Assembly: GCA_051941275.1 (NCBI GenBank)
Contig: JAVEBF010000043.1
Location: forward strand, 1 to 41,052
Length of the DNA stretch: 41,052 nucleotides
Source: Dirinaria sp. TL-2023a
Taxonomy: Eukaryota
Direction of reading: 5' to 3'
The notes under the pieces were generated by a model, which worked only from the letters and a program-made list of their open reading frames with translations, was not told the origin of the DNA and made no database searches. This document shows positions 10,492 to 22,513 of the stretch, piece by piece (within the stretch, counting starts at the first letter, position 1; each line of letters begins with the position of its first letter). A program made the translations under genes and the position numbers.

Positions 10492-11616
10492 ATGTTGCTC
10501 TTACACACATTCTCCTTTCTGACACTCGGTTCCCTGGCACTCAATAGCCAAGCAGCTCTGATCAATCCGTTCTGGTACGTCCGGATACCCGATTGCCTTG
10601 ATCTTCAGCTCACTCCTGACTTCTATTCTAGGAAATCGGACAGTTCCTTACAGAAACGCGACGCAGTCGCGAACGATGCTGCTCCCTCTCATCCAACAAT
10701 TGTAGATCGGAATGACGGAGGTGCAGGTCTGGAGGAGCGAGCGCGAAAGAATGACCAACCACTTCTCTCCGAGGAGGAGGAGGAGTTGCTTCGTCGTCTG
10801 AGCTTGGGACTCAAAAGTCAGTTGAGGGATAATGATCTTATCATCTTCATTGGTAATAGTGCCAGGTAAGTCTTTCCAACTGAAAGCCATCTCTGCTTGC
10901 GCTCGTCCCCATAAACCATCGGAGTCGCCGACGATCTTCACAGTTACCTTTCGTATGTCTTCCAGCAGTTCGACAGACACGACCAGAATACCTACAATTT
11001 TGCGCGCCTACCCATGAGCGGCACCAAAGACTACGGAACAAATGCGCATCATGGGAGAGGAATGGCAACGAGGCAAGGCAAAAAGGATTACTTCAAAAAC
11101 ATTCTCCAAGCCAAGTTGACACAGAGAAACTTCAATCGCGTTGTACTCGTGGACCGTTCTACGCGTGGTGAGAGTGTTGACGGCTTCCGCAGGATCTGGG
11201 ACGACTTGCTTGATCTTGCCAAGGAGAAATACAACCCGCCGTGGACCAACACCAGAGTCCAAAGGCTTAAAGACATGGAGATGGTTTTTATCAACATGGT
11301 AGACTGGAGCCGGCGAGATTCCACAGTTGCACCAACCACGGTCACGCAGATAGCCAAAATTACGGTTCAGTCTGAGGACGGTGCCATCGACACACTGCTG
11401 CGGGACAACGATCCTCATCCAAGACTACAACCGGACTATCCTCCTTATAAGTGGGAGATACCTCCCGATTTGCTGTGGGGCCAACATGGTTCAGGAAGGA
11501 AGGTGCAACAGCTTAGGCGGATCAGAGCTTACAATGAGCAACCTGGTCGCGGGCTCATCAATAAACAAACTAACGCTCATAATGCAGATGGTTTGGTCCA
11601 TGTTCTAGATGGTTAA
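10492..11616 (+). CDS. Secreted hypothetical protein (~329 aa) with PRTase-like motif; exons 10492-10574, 10632-10865, 10944-11616
   Basis: Signal peptide MLLLHTFSFLTLGSLALNSQA. Introns GTACGT..CTGAC..TAG (10575-10631) and GTAAGT..CAG (10866-10943) join ORFs 10492 and 11014 in frame. Pro-sites LQKR|DA and LEER|A. Mature domain contains LIIFIGNSASYL...LPMSG...VVLVDRSTRGESVDGF. Confidence 0.82.
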
Positions 11617-12483
11617 GGTCTCTTAGGGGATTGCAGACGGTCGGATAGCCAGGGTTTGCGATTTCGTGTTGCCAAAGCTGGTCTTTATGGGCAAAAACCG
11701 AAAGATGCTGGATATCTTTAGGTCTGCTAAACCGAATTCAGGCAGTCATAACTGCTAAACATGCGTCCATGTTCCACCTCAGTAGAAATCTCAGCCATGC
11801 TCAATCGAAAGTGACCTTCTTGCGTACTGTTATCCGCTCAGCTTAGTATGTCGCAAATTTGATTAGGCCGGGAGGACTAACGACGAATCATCCGACTCGA
11901 TTTTGGCTCAGCCGCGCGGAGTCAGTAAAGGAACTAATATGTACTGGATCATTTTCCACTCTATCGGCCTTAAACATTTGGCCTTCGCGCTTCGAATGGC
12001 TTCTAGCCGGTCCCTGCACGTAGTTGGAATTGCACCGCACACTTTTCTTCCTTGGCCGCTCCTGTTCGGCTCTCTTTGAGGAACTCTGAACACGATTCAA
12101 CTTTGATTGGCTGTTAGTCGATCTACTTTTGTTGCCCAGTCTTGGATTTGAGCAGCGATGTCAACGGATCTGACTTATTTGACAATTGGACACCATCTTG
12201 ACCCAGTAGCAACAGATGAGCGATTCATCAGCGAGCTCAAAGAGAGTAATTGACCTATGGCATGAGGTTGGCATATTACATGGAGAAATAACAGGATTTG
12301 TCAAGCTCGTTCGCAGACAAGCTGCGGATGCCGTCCGCATACCTCGAAAACCGGCCTAAGATTACCAGAGAACATCCGATATCATTATGCAGACTTAAGC
12401 TCAGAGACATGGGGATATGTTCATTTTTCAGAGACATGAGCTTTTTGACTCAGTAACTATCGAGACCCAAATTCTTTGCATTG

Positions 12484-13569
12484 CTAGAAGTTGCTCGAAC
12501 TTGAGGATCCTGGAGATCCAAGAATGTCATCAGGGTGTTTCACCAGAGGTGCCACCCGAGACATATCGATCTCACTAGGGAGTATGTGAAGCTGGATGTC
12601 TCGGAAGCTTCCTATCATTAGCTGTGGGTCCTCTTCATTCTCGCTTATGGCGTGATAATAGTCGCTCTGGTCGTCGTAGTCGTCCCAAGAGCGCCGTCCA
12701 TTGTTTCTTCCATGAAAAGCGGTAAAGACGTCGGTACTAGTCTGAACACAGAGTTTCTGCAGCTCTGCCGGCTTCGCGTTCCATTGCGCACTAAGCCACC
12801 TTGCACAGCTATGGTTCCCTTCTCTGCTCGACCAGGCTTCTTTGAACAGGTCTGGTCCTCTGTACATATAAGCCCAATGAAGTGCCAAATTGAAGAGATA
12901 CACATTTGGTTTTTCTTGCACGTCAGCCCAAGCTGCCGGGTACGCCACTGGATTCCTGAAAACGAAAGGGAATATCCAATCCCATATTCTGTGGTGCGCC
13001 AAACGTTCGCTAATGCTAAGACTTTCCACATAATCGAGCCACTCCTTGCGAGTCACCAGCTCCGTTGTTGCAAGAATCTTGTACCTTGCATCTTGGTCAC
13101 AACTGTCGTCAAGTTGGTGCACTCCCATACCCCTTTCGATGAGTTTTGCAAGGTCAGCCAAGTGCCATAGTACGCTCCAACCGATTGCCATGCCAGCTCT
13201 AACTGTATCGCCACGAGGATCTTCTGCGCTGATATGACAATAGCAGCGCGAAATGGGAGAGCCACAGCCACTTTGGAGAACGCAATATTTTTCGACAAAG
13301 ACACCCGACAGCCAATTTGCAGTTTCCATTCGGTTGAAGATTCGAACCATGGACCTGAATGACGGCTCTGAGCAACTTATTGGACGGAATCTTGAAATGA
13401 TGTAGTCCGAATATAGCCGCTGAAGGACTGAACTGCAGATAGTTTTCTCGTATCTTGCGATAAGATCTCTTACAAATCTACCTGTAAGACGCAAGTTTTT
13501 TATCGACTGGACGTCGCTGTAGAAGATGACCTGCAGCAGAATCACGTCTGGGAGTCGGGTTTCCTGCAT
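12484..13569 (-). CDS. F-box-like domain protein (361 aa)
   Basis: Long single ORF. The N-terminus RLPDVILLQVIFYSDVQSIKNLRLTGRFVRDLI matches the F-box pattern LPxEI...l...C+.f..l. The C-terminus is unrecognised. Confidence 0.78.
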   Translation of the reverse strand: MQETRLPDVILLQVIFYSDVQSIKNLRLTGRFVRDLIARYEKTICSSVLQRLYSDYIISRFRPISCSEPSFRSMVRIFNRMETANWLSGVFVEKYCVLQSGCGSPISRCYCHISAEDPRGDTVRAGMAIGWSVLWHLADLAKLIERGMGVHQLDDSCDQDARYKILATTELVTRKEWLDYVESLSISERLAHHRIWDWIFPFVFRNPVAYPAAWADVQEKPNVYLFNLALHWAYMYRGPDLFKEAWSSREGNHSCARWLSAQWNAKPAELQKLCVQTSTDVFTAFHGRNNGRRSWDDYDDQSDYYHAISENEEDPQLMIGSFRDIQLHILPSEIDMSRVAPLVKHPDDILGSPGSSSSSNF

Positions 13570-16015
13570 CGCTGCTCATTGACTTATTGGCTGCGACGGT
13601 CCACAAAATGCAAGAGACTGTCTTCACGGTCGCTGCAGAGTCGGTGCAGACGGGAGAAGACGGCTTTTTAGATCCTAGAGGCAATGCACTAGACTCGTCA
13701 AGATCTAATTGGATGTTGCCCCGGAGGATCCTCCTGAGCTACGGTGTTACTCAAAGGATTCATTTTCCGACCAGCTGCGCACCCAGGAAGGAAGCGCCAG
13801 GAAGGAATTGATTGATGAGCCTCCTCTCGAAAGTGCCCCTTTAGGGTTAGGGTCCAATACCCTCGATCCGGTCGATGCAGCCTTGGCATGCATCGTGCTA
13901 GCACGCTTAGGAGTTGGCGTGTGCAATAATATTGACCCGAAAAGCTGGACCCTGAAATTAGCGTCTTCAGTAGTCTTATCGCTGAAGGCTTGTAGAGCAT
14001 CTTCTCCACTCACAACGTCGTCAATCCTTTGCCCGTGCTACACCGTGTGAGAGAAATCGTGTGGGCCGCCACTGCTTCGTAAAGCATCTTCTTGGATTTG
14101 CCTGGAGGCGAGTAGAAATGATTGCCCTTCGGTCATGAAGTCGAGCGAAACATAATTTATCTCTACCTTGCCTTGATGAAACGGCGCAAGGGATAGTGTT
14201 TCTTGTGCAGGTATGATCGTTGCAAAGAATCACCGTAGAGCAATTTGGATCGCCATCTGAATGCTCGATTGAGTAGGACAGCGACGTCGGCAGAGAAATG
14301 AGAATGAAAGAGCGGAGGACTGAAGAGAGGCAAATGTAGAAGGTGATTGGTTGCACTGAGAGTATTCTGCAGTGTCAGATTCCGTGCATTGATGGCTTAA
14401 AAAGAAACATCCAGGTTTTGGATCCGAAAAATGGTCGCAGCATCCAACGTTGTTGATCGCTGCGTGAAGAGGCTCAACCGTGACTCCGTCAATAGAGGAG
14501 TGCCAGCAGGTTAATGCGGATTAACTCGGCCAAGGAGTAAGACTCCGCAACTGACTTACCGAATATGTTTCGATCGTAGAGCTGCACAATTGTACACGCT
14601 GCCGTTCGCTTTCTCCGACTCTAATTCGAGAATAGGGACAGGATCTACAGATCCAACAATAATAGTCCGATTGTTGATGGACTTGTCAGAATTCTCCTGA
14701 AAAGGACGTTTGTCGTAGATTAGCCCTGACAAGAATGCCGAAACATTTTGAATATGGCAAGCTTTCCTTAAAGGCCTCGTCTAGCGAAAAAAGAAGAATT
14801 ATATCAAACGCAGAACCTTTCTTTAACGGCTGGACCTCTTTCCCGAAACTCGGCTCTCTTTTTAAGATAATATGATCCTCCGAGAGATCGAAATGATAGG
14901 CCAGAGTAATCTTTTGTTCGGGAGAATCAACTACTCCCGTAATGTCTACTCCTGCCTGTTGGCTATTTTAGATATACTGATGCCTCTGCCTAATGCTCTG
15001 CATTCACAATATAATGTTGTACACGCCTGCCTTCTTGTTCTGGTTGTCGAGCAAGACAATCCACTCCCAATCCTGTAAATTCTTTTGGCGTTAACGGAGT
15101 AAGTGGTTTGATTGTGAATTTAGTTTGGTCTCGACACGTTGTCATGAGATTACGAATTCGACTTATTTTCATGCAATTCCAGAGCCCCGCGGCTACTTGC
15201 GATGGGACGAGGCCGACTTTGGCGGCCTTTCTGTGGGCTCCCCATAGACGAATATTTCGTGTGCGGCTCTCAAAAAACTCAAGTGTAATGCTCGTAGCCT
15301 TCTTGAAGCCACAAAAGGTACTAAATTCGGGTGCGGCTGTCGCGTAGGCTGCTTTGCAACCAAAAAAACGGCTGGCCAAATTCAGGTGGGTGCGTGAACT
15401 CGGGAGGATCTTTCAAGGGAGCCAATTATGTGGTTTTGAGTGACGTGTTTCTTCCAATAAATATCGACCTCGCCCATCCACAGACATTGCAGCTTTTGAT
15501 GGCGTCCGTGGAGCTGATCAACCTGATCGACCGTCCGCGTGGAAATGTGGAGGCTGTTGAGTAGGGCAAGCTTTATATCAAGCAACGGAAGGTCGATCAT
15601 GGGGCACAGTATGAGGACGACCATGGTAAGCTTGGCTGGCTCGGCAGATTCGCAGCGTAAGCTAGACCTGAATAAGGGATAACCAATACAGCGCAGCTCC
15701 ATTACCTAAGGTAGTCGATAAGACCGAGCATGCACAACAAATGATGCATAGATCTGTGTGGCGTCTGCAAGGATTCGGCCAAGTGGGCAGTGAATGACAG
15801 CACGAAAATATTTTACAGGTACAATACCGTATCGTTTAGTTAAAGATGACCTTCATCAATGAATCTCCCTCCGCACATTGTTCAACATTTCTGGACCCCG
15901 GTAATTTGCATCTATCACAGCTCTTACCTCCTTTTCAGCCTTATCCTACATTGTATCCTAACCACAGTATACCTGCGCTTACAGCTCAGACCGTTTGGAA
16001 GTCGCTCATCCCAAC

Positions 16016-16772
16016 ATGGCTCCCATAGTTGCTTTCGTTCCAGGCTTCTGGGAGAGTACGGAGCCGTTCGACATGGTCAGATCCCTTCTATCTGAGAAGT
16101 TTGAAACAATTATCTGTCCTCTTCTCAGCACCGGCACCATCTCCCCTGGCAATCCAACAATGGCGGACGACATCGCAGCTATCAGATCAGCAATTGAAAC
16201 TGTTGCTACTCAAGAGAAAGATGTCGTGATGGTCATGCACTCTGGAGGAGGATTTCTCGGCTCAAACGCTATCGAGAGTCTAAGCGCGAAAGCGCGTCGT
16301 GAGCGGGGTCTCAAGGGTGGTGTCATTGGAATTGTCTTCTTGTCTGGGGCCATATACCCTGAGGGTTTCGAGCATGGAGATCTGCCATTCGGAGAGATCA
16401 AAGTATGTGAATCTTCATCTTGAGATCGACAGTAATTGATGAGTTAATTAGGATGGAGCTCTTCTCTGCGCCAGTCCTAAAGGGATTCTCTTTAATGATC
16501 TGGATCCCACTGTTGCAGACCTATGGGTCGGAAAGTTGAAGACTCAACCTGCCTTCGGCTGGAATGGAACAGTATCTTACTGCGCATGGAAAGAGATCCC
16601 AAGCGTGTACTTGGTCTGCGAAGGTGATCAGGCTATACCTTCACCGATTCAGATCCAACTTGCAGAAAGCGCAGGTAGCAAAATCGAGACTTGTGCAGCA
16701 GGACATATGTCACAGGTATCAATGCCGGAGAAAGTTGCAGAGGTCATTGAGAGAGGTGTGGCATCATTCTGA
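16016..16772 (+). CDS. Alpha/beta hydrolase (Abhydrolase_6 / methylesterase-like), ~235 aa; exons 16016-16402, 16452-16772
   Basis: VAFVPGFW oxyanion motif, nucleophile elbow MHSGGG, acid YLVCEGDQAI and catalytic His AGHMS. Phase-0 intron GTATGT..TTAAT..TAG (16403-16451). Confidence 0.92.
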
Positions 16773-18343
16773 GCCGCCCTTTGTGGAAAAATTGGTGGAT
16801 GCTCGGGAAGATAGCTATTGCCAGAGCACAGCCACAGCATATTCCCGCGTAGACATAGAAATTGGAGATTAGTCTGCTAGCAATCAATTCTTGAATAAGT
16901 TGTATAGGTGCTTTGATTGAATCTTCTGCATTTTGACGTGTCAGGGTTACAGTAGAGGGAGATAGAATAGATGATAGCCATGAAAAGCTTAGTTGTGATG
17001 ATATAGAACCAATGATAGAAGTCTCCTTAGAAGTTAGTTTTTGTTGCTGAAGAGCCTTCCCAGCTCACAACGCATGAGAGTGTATGTCTTTCAGGAGCTC
17101 TTAGCTTCCCACTCGCTTGAATCATCGATGTCACTAAAGCACTCTTCACTTATCGATTAGCATACAAAGCATGTTGTAAGGTCAGTTACGCCGCAAGTTC
17201 CTTGGTGATGCTTGCGATGCATTCTGAACAGAAAATATTGCCAAAGCCATTCCAACAATAAGCAAAAGCGAGACATGCTGGCTTGGGCTTCGTCTCGCTT
17301 CCGCTTCCACAGAGCTGCTCCTTGGCCGATAAAACCTACCTAGCTTTATGGTAACGCCAAGAAAATCTTGGACCCGGATTTCGCAAAAGACAAACCTCGG
17401 ACAGCGTTGCTGATGACTAGCCAACGGAAGAGAGAAGGAGCGCCCGGACGATTTTGATATGCCCTCATTTTGCAGCAGCGTGCTGATCTAAGAGCGGAGG
17501 CAGCCGTTTTCGTCTTCCTTAAGCGCCTACTTATGTTTCCCCTGGGGGTTACCTTTTCCAGGGTGGTAAAAATTACAATGAGATATATGATTATATTTTA
17601 CTGTACGGTCCCGATCGCTTAATTTATCAAACTAATAGAGATCGACAAAGCATGCACGGGACATTTCTCTGCTGCCTATCAAGTCTAGGCACTAAGCGCT
17701 TAGTTAGCAGCGCATAAAGTACGTAACCGCGCTATAAATTCCACTTCAGACTTCGTACTCAAGGCGATCTTTCTGCTATAAGGATTCCACTCAGCACGCC
17801 TGAACTTGTACACACTAGATTTACACTCTTTCTCCTCTAGAAGCGCACGAAACAAAGAGACAGTAATACTGAATGCGGCAGTGTTGATAACAGCATTCAT
17901 GATGTTGGGTTCTACGAATCAAACGCAAGCTTAAAGTCTCTTTTCAGATCAAATTCCTATTAGCAGTAAACGTATCTCCTGTCTTTGCTATTTTCCCTTT
18001 TCAAAACGTGATTTGGCCCTAAGCGTGATTGAAAGGCAATCTTCATCCGTTAGGATGGATTCGCTATTAGAAGAGAGCTTAGAGGAGCACAATCTTCACG
18101 GACTCGAAGCTCACTTATTAGTCCTGCTTCAGGCTTTGAGAAGGGTTATAAATACTTGAGGAGGGGGCAGTCCGGCTATGGCACTCGGTAGTGCTTGACT
18201 CTACCATGAAAGCATATGAAGGTGGGCCAAGCAAAATTGAGATCGGTTCTGCGAAGGCATAGACTAGATGAAGGCGGATGAAACATATTTTCGAGGTTCG
18301 GATGCTCAGATACCATATGAGATGTCCAGTACCTTTTGCTATG

Positions 18344-19958
18344 TTAAGGGCTTCTCTCCTCCCCAACTTCCCGAGTTTCCGCAATTTCTTCCTCAGTCGG
18401 CAGATTTACGATCATTAGATATAGCACGCTCTATACCACCAGATTACTTGAAGTCTTGGAATAAACCGTTTCCAGGAAATGGCACCACTTACATTCGGTA
18501 AAATCCGCCTGATAGCTCCTCTAGCACTCCCCGGTTGTAAAGCCTGTGCCCGTTTCCTAGCTTGCCTCTCTGCCAAACTCTCGCCTTTTATGTGCGCAGA
18601 TATTCGCCCTGCGTAATTCGTGGTCACAGAAGGATGTGTCGGATCACCGTACTTAGAAGCGAATTGAGGTTTATTTTCTGCAGCCAATGCTGAATCGGGG
18701 TGTTTGTAGGCCTTGGATTAGTGGCCCATCAGCTTGAGTTACGGAAGCATCTGGAGCGTTAGACAATACGCACGTATTTCGCCTGTGCCCTCTTGTCGAA
18801 ATACGCCGCCGCCACTTTTCTTGACGAAGAAAACGAGCCTCTCGTTTCTGCTTCGCTCTTCGCCTTACTGAGTTCCGCATAGCCCGTATCGGCATAGATC
18901 AAAGGCGCAGTTTCGGGCATCTCCATCTCACCGTGCGTGGTACCGCTGGAGCTTCTGAAATTGCTGGCGTGAGTCCTTACACTCGACGTCGATGGATTGA
19001 GCCACTTCAAAGCGACATTGGAGGTATCGACAGATGCCATTGATATATTGCCTTTGGCCACGTCGTAGGGGCGGAAAGACATTACAAGGCAGAAGAGGCC
19101 TCGCGGTTTGAAGAGGAGCTCATTAGCTGTGCTAAGGTAGTTGTTGGTCCTGTGAGATGCAGGTTAGATCTACTAGACAATTGGTGGAAGACCTCGTCTG
19201 ACGTTGAACTTACCGATATCTTCCCTGAAGATCCGCCGCTGTGCCGCTTAGGATGGATATCGAAATCGCGGCTAAGATGGTAAAAGGCTCTGGGATATTT
19301 CCGAGAGCGCCGGCACCGACCGTAATGACATTGAGAATGGGTGAAGCCTGTCATGAGATGTTAGGCCGTCCACTTAAAGGCTTGCTTATGTAAAGCGGCG
19401 CAAGAGACAGGGCTCAAATCACCAAACTCGCTTTGTGGAAAGCTTTCAGGAAGTTTAAGAAAGCCTTCTCATCAATGTCGAAATCGGCCAGCACAGGCGC
19501 ATAGGCACGTATGAAACCTCGAGTCTTGCTGCCCGGCCTGCGTTGGGGGATGACTACTGGGCAGCTTAGTCTCGGAGGCACTGCCTTGAAGGTAGGATTG
19601 GTGAATTTGATGTCTTCTGTAGTTGCCAGTTCCTCTTCATCGTATGGAGGAGGTGCATCATCATCATCGGCTGCAATCGGATTGTTGTTTTCGTCCACAC
19701 AACTGCCACCCATAAAATACTCGTCGGCTTCAGCTAAATTACTCTCGGATTTCTCGGAACCTGGGATGTTTTCCAGTTCCTCTGCCCTATTTTCTTAAAA
19801 ATTTACTTTGATTTAGCCCTCTTGAAGAATACCAAAGGCACTACGGGAGTCTTACCGTCACCTCTTGACGCTTGTGCGGTTCTGCGCTCTTCTTTCGCTG
19901 CTCTCAGCTCAGCTGCGAGTCCAATGCCCGTCTGGACAAGTCTTGTCACCGGACCCAT
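18344..19958 (-). CDS. Conserved uncharacterised fungal protein (~429 aa); exons 19958-19856, 19793-19423, 19347-19214, 19149-18774, 18711-18493, 18430-18344
   Basis: Splicing gives one ORF with motifs of a widespread Pezizomycotina family: GIGLAAE, CPVVIPQRRPGSKTRGFIRAYAPVL, ASP, RTNNYL..ANELLFKPRGLFCLVM, EMPETAPLIY, YFDKRAQAKY, FASKYGDPTHP, VLYLMIVNLPTEEE. All exon phases are consistent. Confidence 0.88.
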
Positions 19959-21014
19959 TGTGAAAAACAATATATTTAGGAGAGAGAGTCCGGGATTGCG
20001 ACCGTCGTGAGTGAAGGTACAGAAGCATCAGCGGCAACGGGCAGCCGCCCTTTAATAACGAATATTTGTGGTGCATCCTAATTGCCGATGGATGTTGAAC
20101 TATAATTGAGCTGAGAATATAAGTATTGCTCTAGTCTCGCAAGATGTATCCAAAGAAAGTATAGCGCTACGGAGATATGGCATCGAAGTCATTCTAACCA
20201 ATGAAATTATCAACCCTCGGGCTATGAGACTGCTGAAAGGGAAAAGTGCAGATTTAAGGGATGTAGTTGTCTTCAAATTTGCCATCGTGCTAATCCTGCC
20301 AGTGCTGGAGTGTAGCTAGGTATTATCGGACAAGCGTCGAGAATAAGGTACTTAGAAATCCGGATTGTATGATATTATAGGGACAGGACTGCGGGATTAA
20401 TGCAAGGACCACCGCTCTTACATCAAAACTTGATGCCACAAAGGACAGTCTTTAATATTGCGGGATATGATATCTGATTGGCGAGCATTATTGAGCCAAA
20501 TCTCTGATGATGTTTCGATAGTCGATTGGTAATAAGTGCAAACAAGATACGGACTGTAGAAAATGTTTGCCGAGCGTCAAACAGCTTTACTCATCATGCC
20601 TATCATTGCTCACTGTTGCCGCAACGAACACGTTATAATGATAGCTGAGGAAGGATGAATGAGCAAGAGAATGAGAACAGCCAATTTAAAGTAGAGACTT
20701 TCTGCGTAGGGAAGCTTTACACCATAAGAGACGAAGGAGTAAGAAATATGATCGGAGGTTCTGATCCAGAGAGAAGCCATCAAGTAAGAATTAAGACTGT
20801 TCTTGTTGGAGTAGTCTTCCGGCTGCCATCTGCCATAGATAGTAGCCGAACAGGAGCTTAGATTGTGCGGCATAATTCGAGGAGCAATAGACACAGCGGG
20901 TGTCAACAGAGCTTCACCTAAGGTACTTTAAGCCCCTTACTCCCCATCGTATGATTATCCGCATGGAGAGTCCCCTACATGTCCCCACTTCTTCTATCGG
21001 ATCAACAATCTTCT

Positions 21015-21973
21015 CTACTTCTTCGCAGTCTGAGACTCCTCTGCTTTGGCCTTAGCCCGCTTCTCCCTCACCCCCACCAAGCGAGCATCACTCCTCGCCA
21101 ATCTCAACGTCCTGTACGCATCCTTGGTACCTTCGCCCATATCACTCCTCTTGATCTCGCCGATGGCATCCGCCTTGCGAATATTCTCAATCGGCAGCAC
21201 CTTACCAAGGTGCTTGATGATTTTGCCGTGTTCCTTCTCGGCAGCCTGAACCTCCTCTTTCGAAGCATCAAGAGTCTTGTGTTGACCAGATTTGCGTGGG
21301 AAGAGGATGAGGCGGGAGCGATAGGCTTTGAGACGTTCAACATTGATGGCGATGGATTCTTGGGAGAGGTTGGCGCGCCGGGGGTCGACGGAGATGCCGA
21401 TTGTAGGGGCCAATTTGCGTGGGATGCCGGCTTCCTATAAGTCACCAATCCTATTAGTTCTTTCTTCCACGACCACAGAGATGAGTATAATAGGTGTAAT
21501 TGTTTACCTTGAGCTCAGCGAGTGAGAAACCACGTCCTGCACGCACGCGACGGTTGTATTTGATACCCGGACACCGAACAACGGGGCGAAGCTTGTCGAC
21601 AGGACGAGGAGCGATGGCTACCGCTTTCGCATGACGAGCATTCCGACGACGCTTCTTACTTCCAGGCTAGATATCTGGGTCAGATCCTCCTCCGGACAAC
21701 AATGTAGGGCCCGGAAGTATGGCAAGTGTGAAAGGTATACCTGGTCGAAATGCGTTCGAACGCGACGCTGCCAATCCTTGCGGAAATCTAATAACAATTA
21801 GAACTGACTGTGGGAAGCATGTCAAAAGTGCTGGTGCCGCTCACGGTTGTGCTGGATTTGCTGGTTGTGCTTGATGGTCTACCGTGATGCATCCGTCAGC
21901 CAATGCTTCTATAGAAGCGCGCAGGTGTTCTCAAATGCAACATATACTCGATCTAGAAACTGAGACATACCAT
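21015..21973 (-). CDS. RPL13: 60S ribosomal protein L13 (eL13), 220 aa; exons 21973-21971, 21878-21845, 21787-21741, 21666-21508, 21434-21015
   Basis: [30 protein letters not shown]...[39 protein letters not shown]...[12 protein letters not shown]...[18 protein letters not shown]...[23 protein letters not shown]. Four canonical introns. Confidence 0.98.
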
Positions 21974-22057
21974 GATTGCGGATGGCGATCAAGACAGCGT
22001 TGTTGTCATTACCATTACTCTGTTACTCAAAAGTCCTGATGAACTCAAATCTCGGAG

Positions 22058-22121
22058 CTCGCTTAGCAGATTTGGTGGGTGTTGCCAAGACTTTAGCTCA
22101 GCCCTTAGAAAACTCGCTTAG
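22058..22121. promoter_or_regulatory. Repeated motif CTCGCTTAG (x2) flanking AGCCCTTAG in the RPL13 promoter
   Basis: Direct repeats at 22058-22066 and 22113-22121, with AGCCCTTAG at 22100-22108, 85-150 nt upstream of the RPL13 ATG. Function is inferred only. Confidence 0.35.
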
Positions 22122-22513
22122 TGGAGCGAAAGTCAACAAAGGGGGCATTCATTACATGTACGGAGTACTATGACTTCGTTCACAAGGGATCCACGATATT
22201 TTTTTTCTGGTTTATGTATGAACCTCAGCTTAAAAATACTACAAATGACCATGTAGAAACAACTTATCGCTCGGATGAGCCAGTGAGCCATAGTAAATAT
22301 CGAAAGAAGCAGCAGCCAAAATCTGTACCTCCAATTCTCCAGGCTCGACATGAAGGCGCCAAAGCTTAGCAACAAGCAGAAAGCAATGCTCGAATAAGCA
22401 ACAACTACCAAACCAACCGCTAAGCAGAGAACCGCGCCTCTTTTGGCTATCTTCATGAGTGGAATTGCGCGTCATAGCACCTTGCACTGCCCTGCGCATG
22501 TTAAAAGATAATG

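Noticed and set aside
13587..15702. Several 70-130 aa ORFs on both strands
   Set aside because: No recognisable motifs or consistent splice structure. They might be decayed genes but cannot be supported.
16110..16145. GGTGC...GCTGAGA on minus strand resembling a TPP riboswitch core
   Set aside because: It lies antisense within the hydrolase CDS, lacks the downstream CCTGAT/GATAAT/GCG-AGGGA elements, and there is no thiamine-related gene.
20465..20600. TGATGA and CTGA motifs suggesting a box C/D snoRNA
   Set aside because: The boxes are not in the C...D order with a terminal stem, and no rRNA-complementary guide was recognised.
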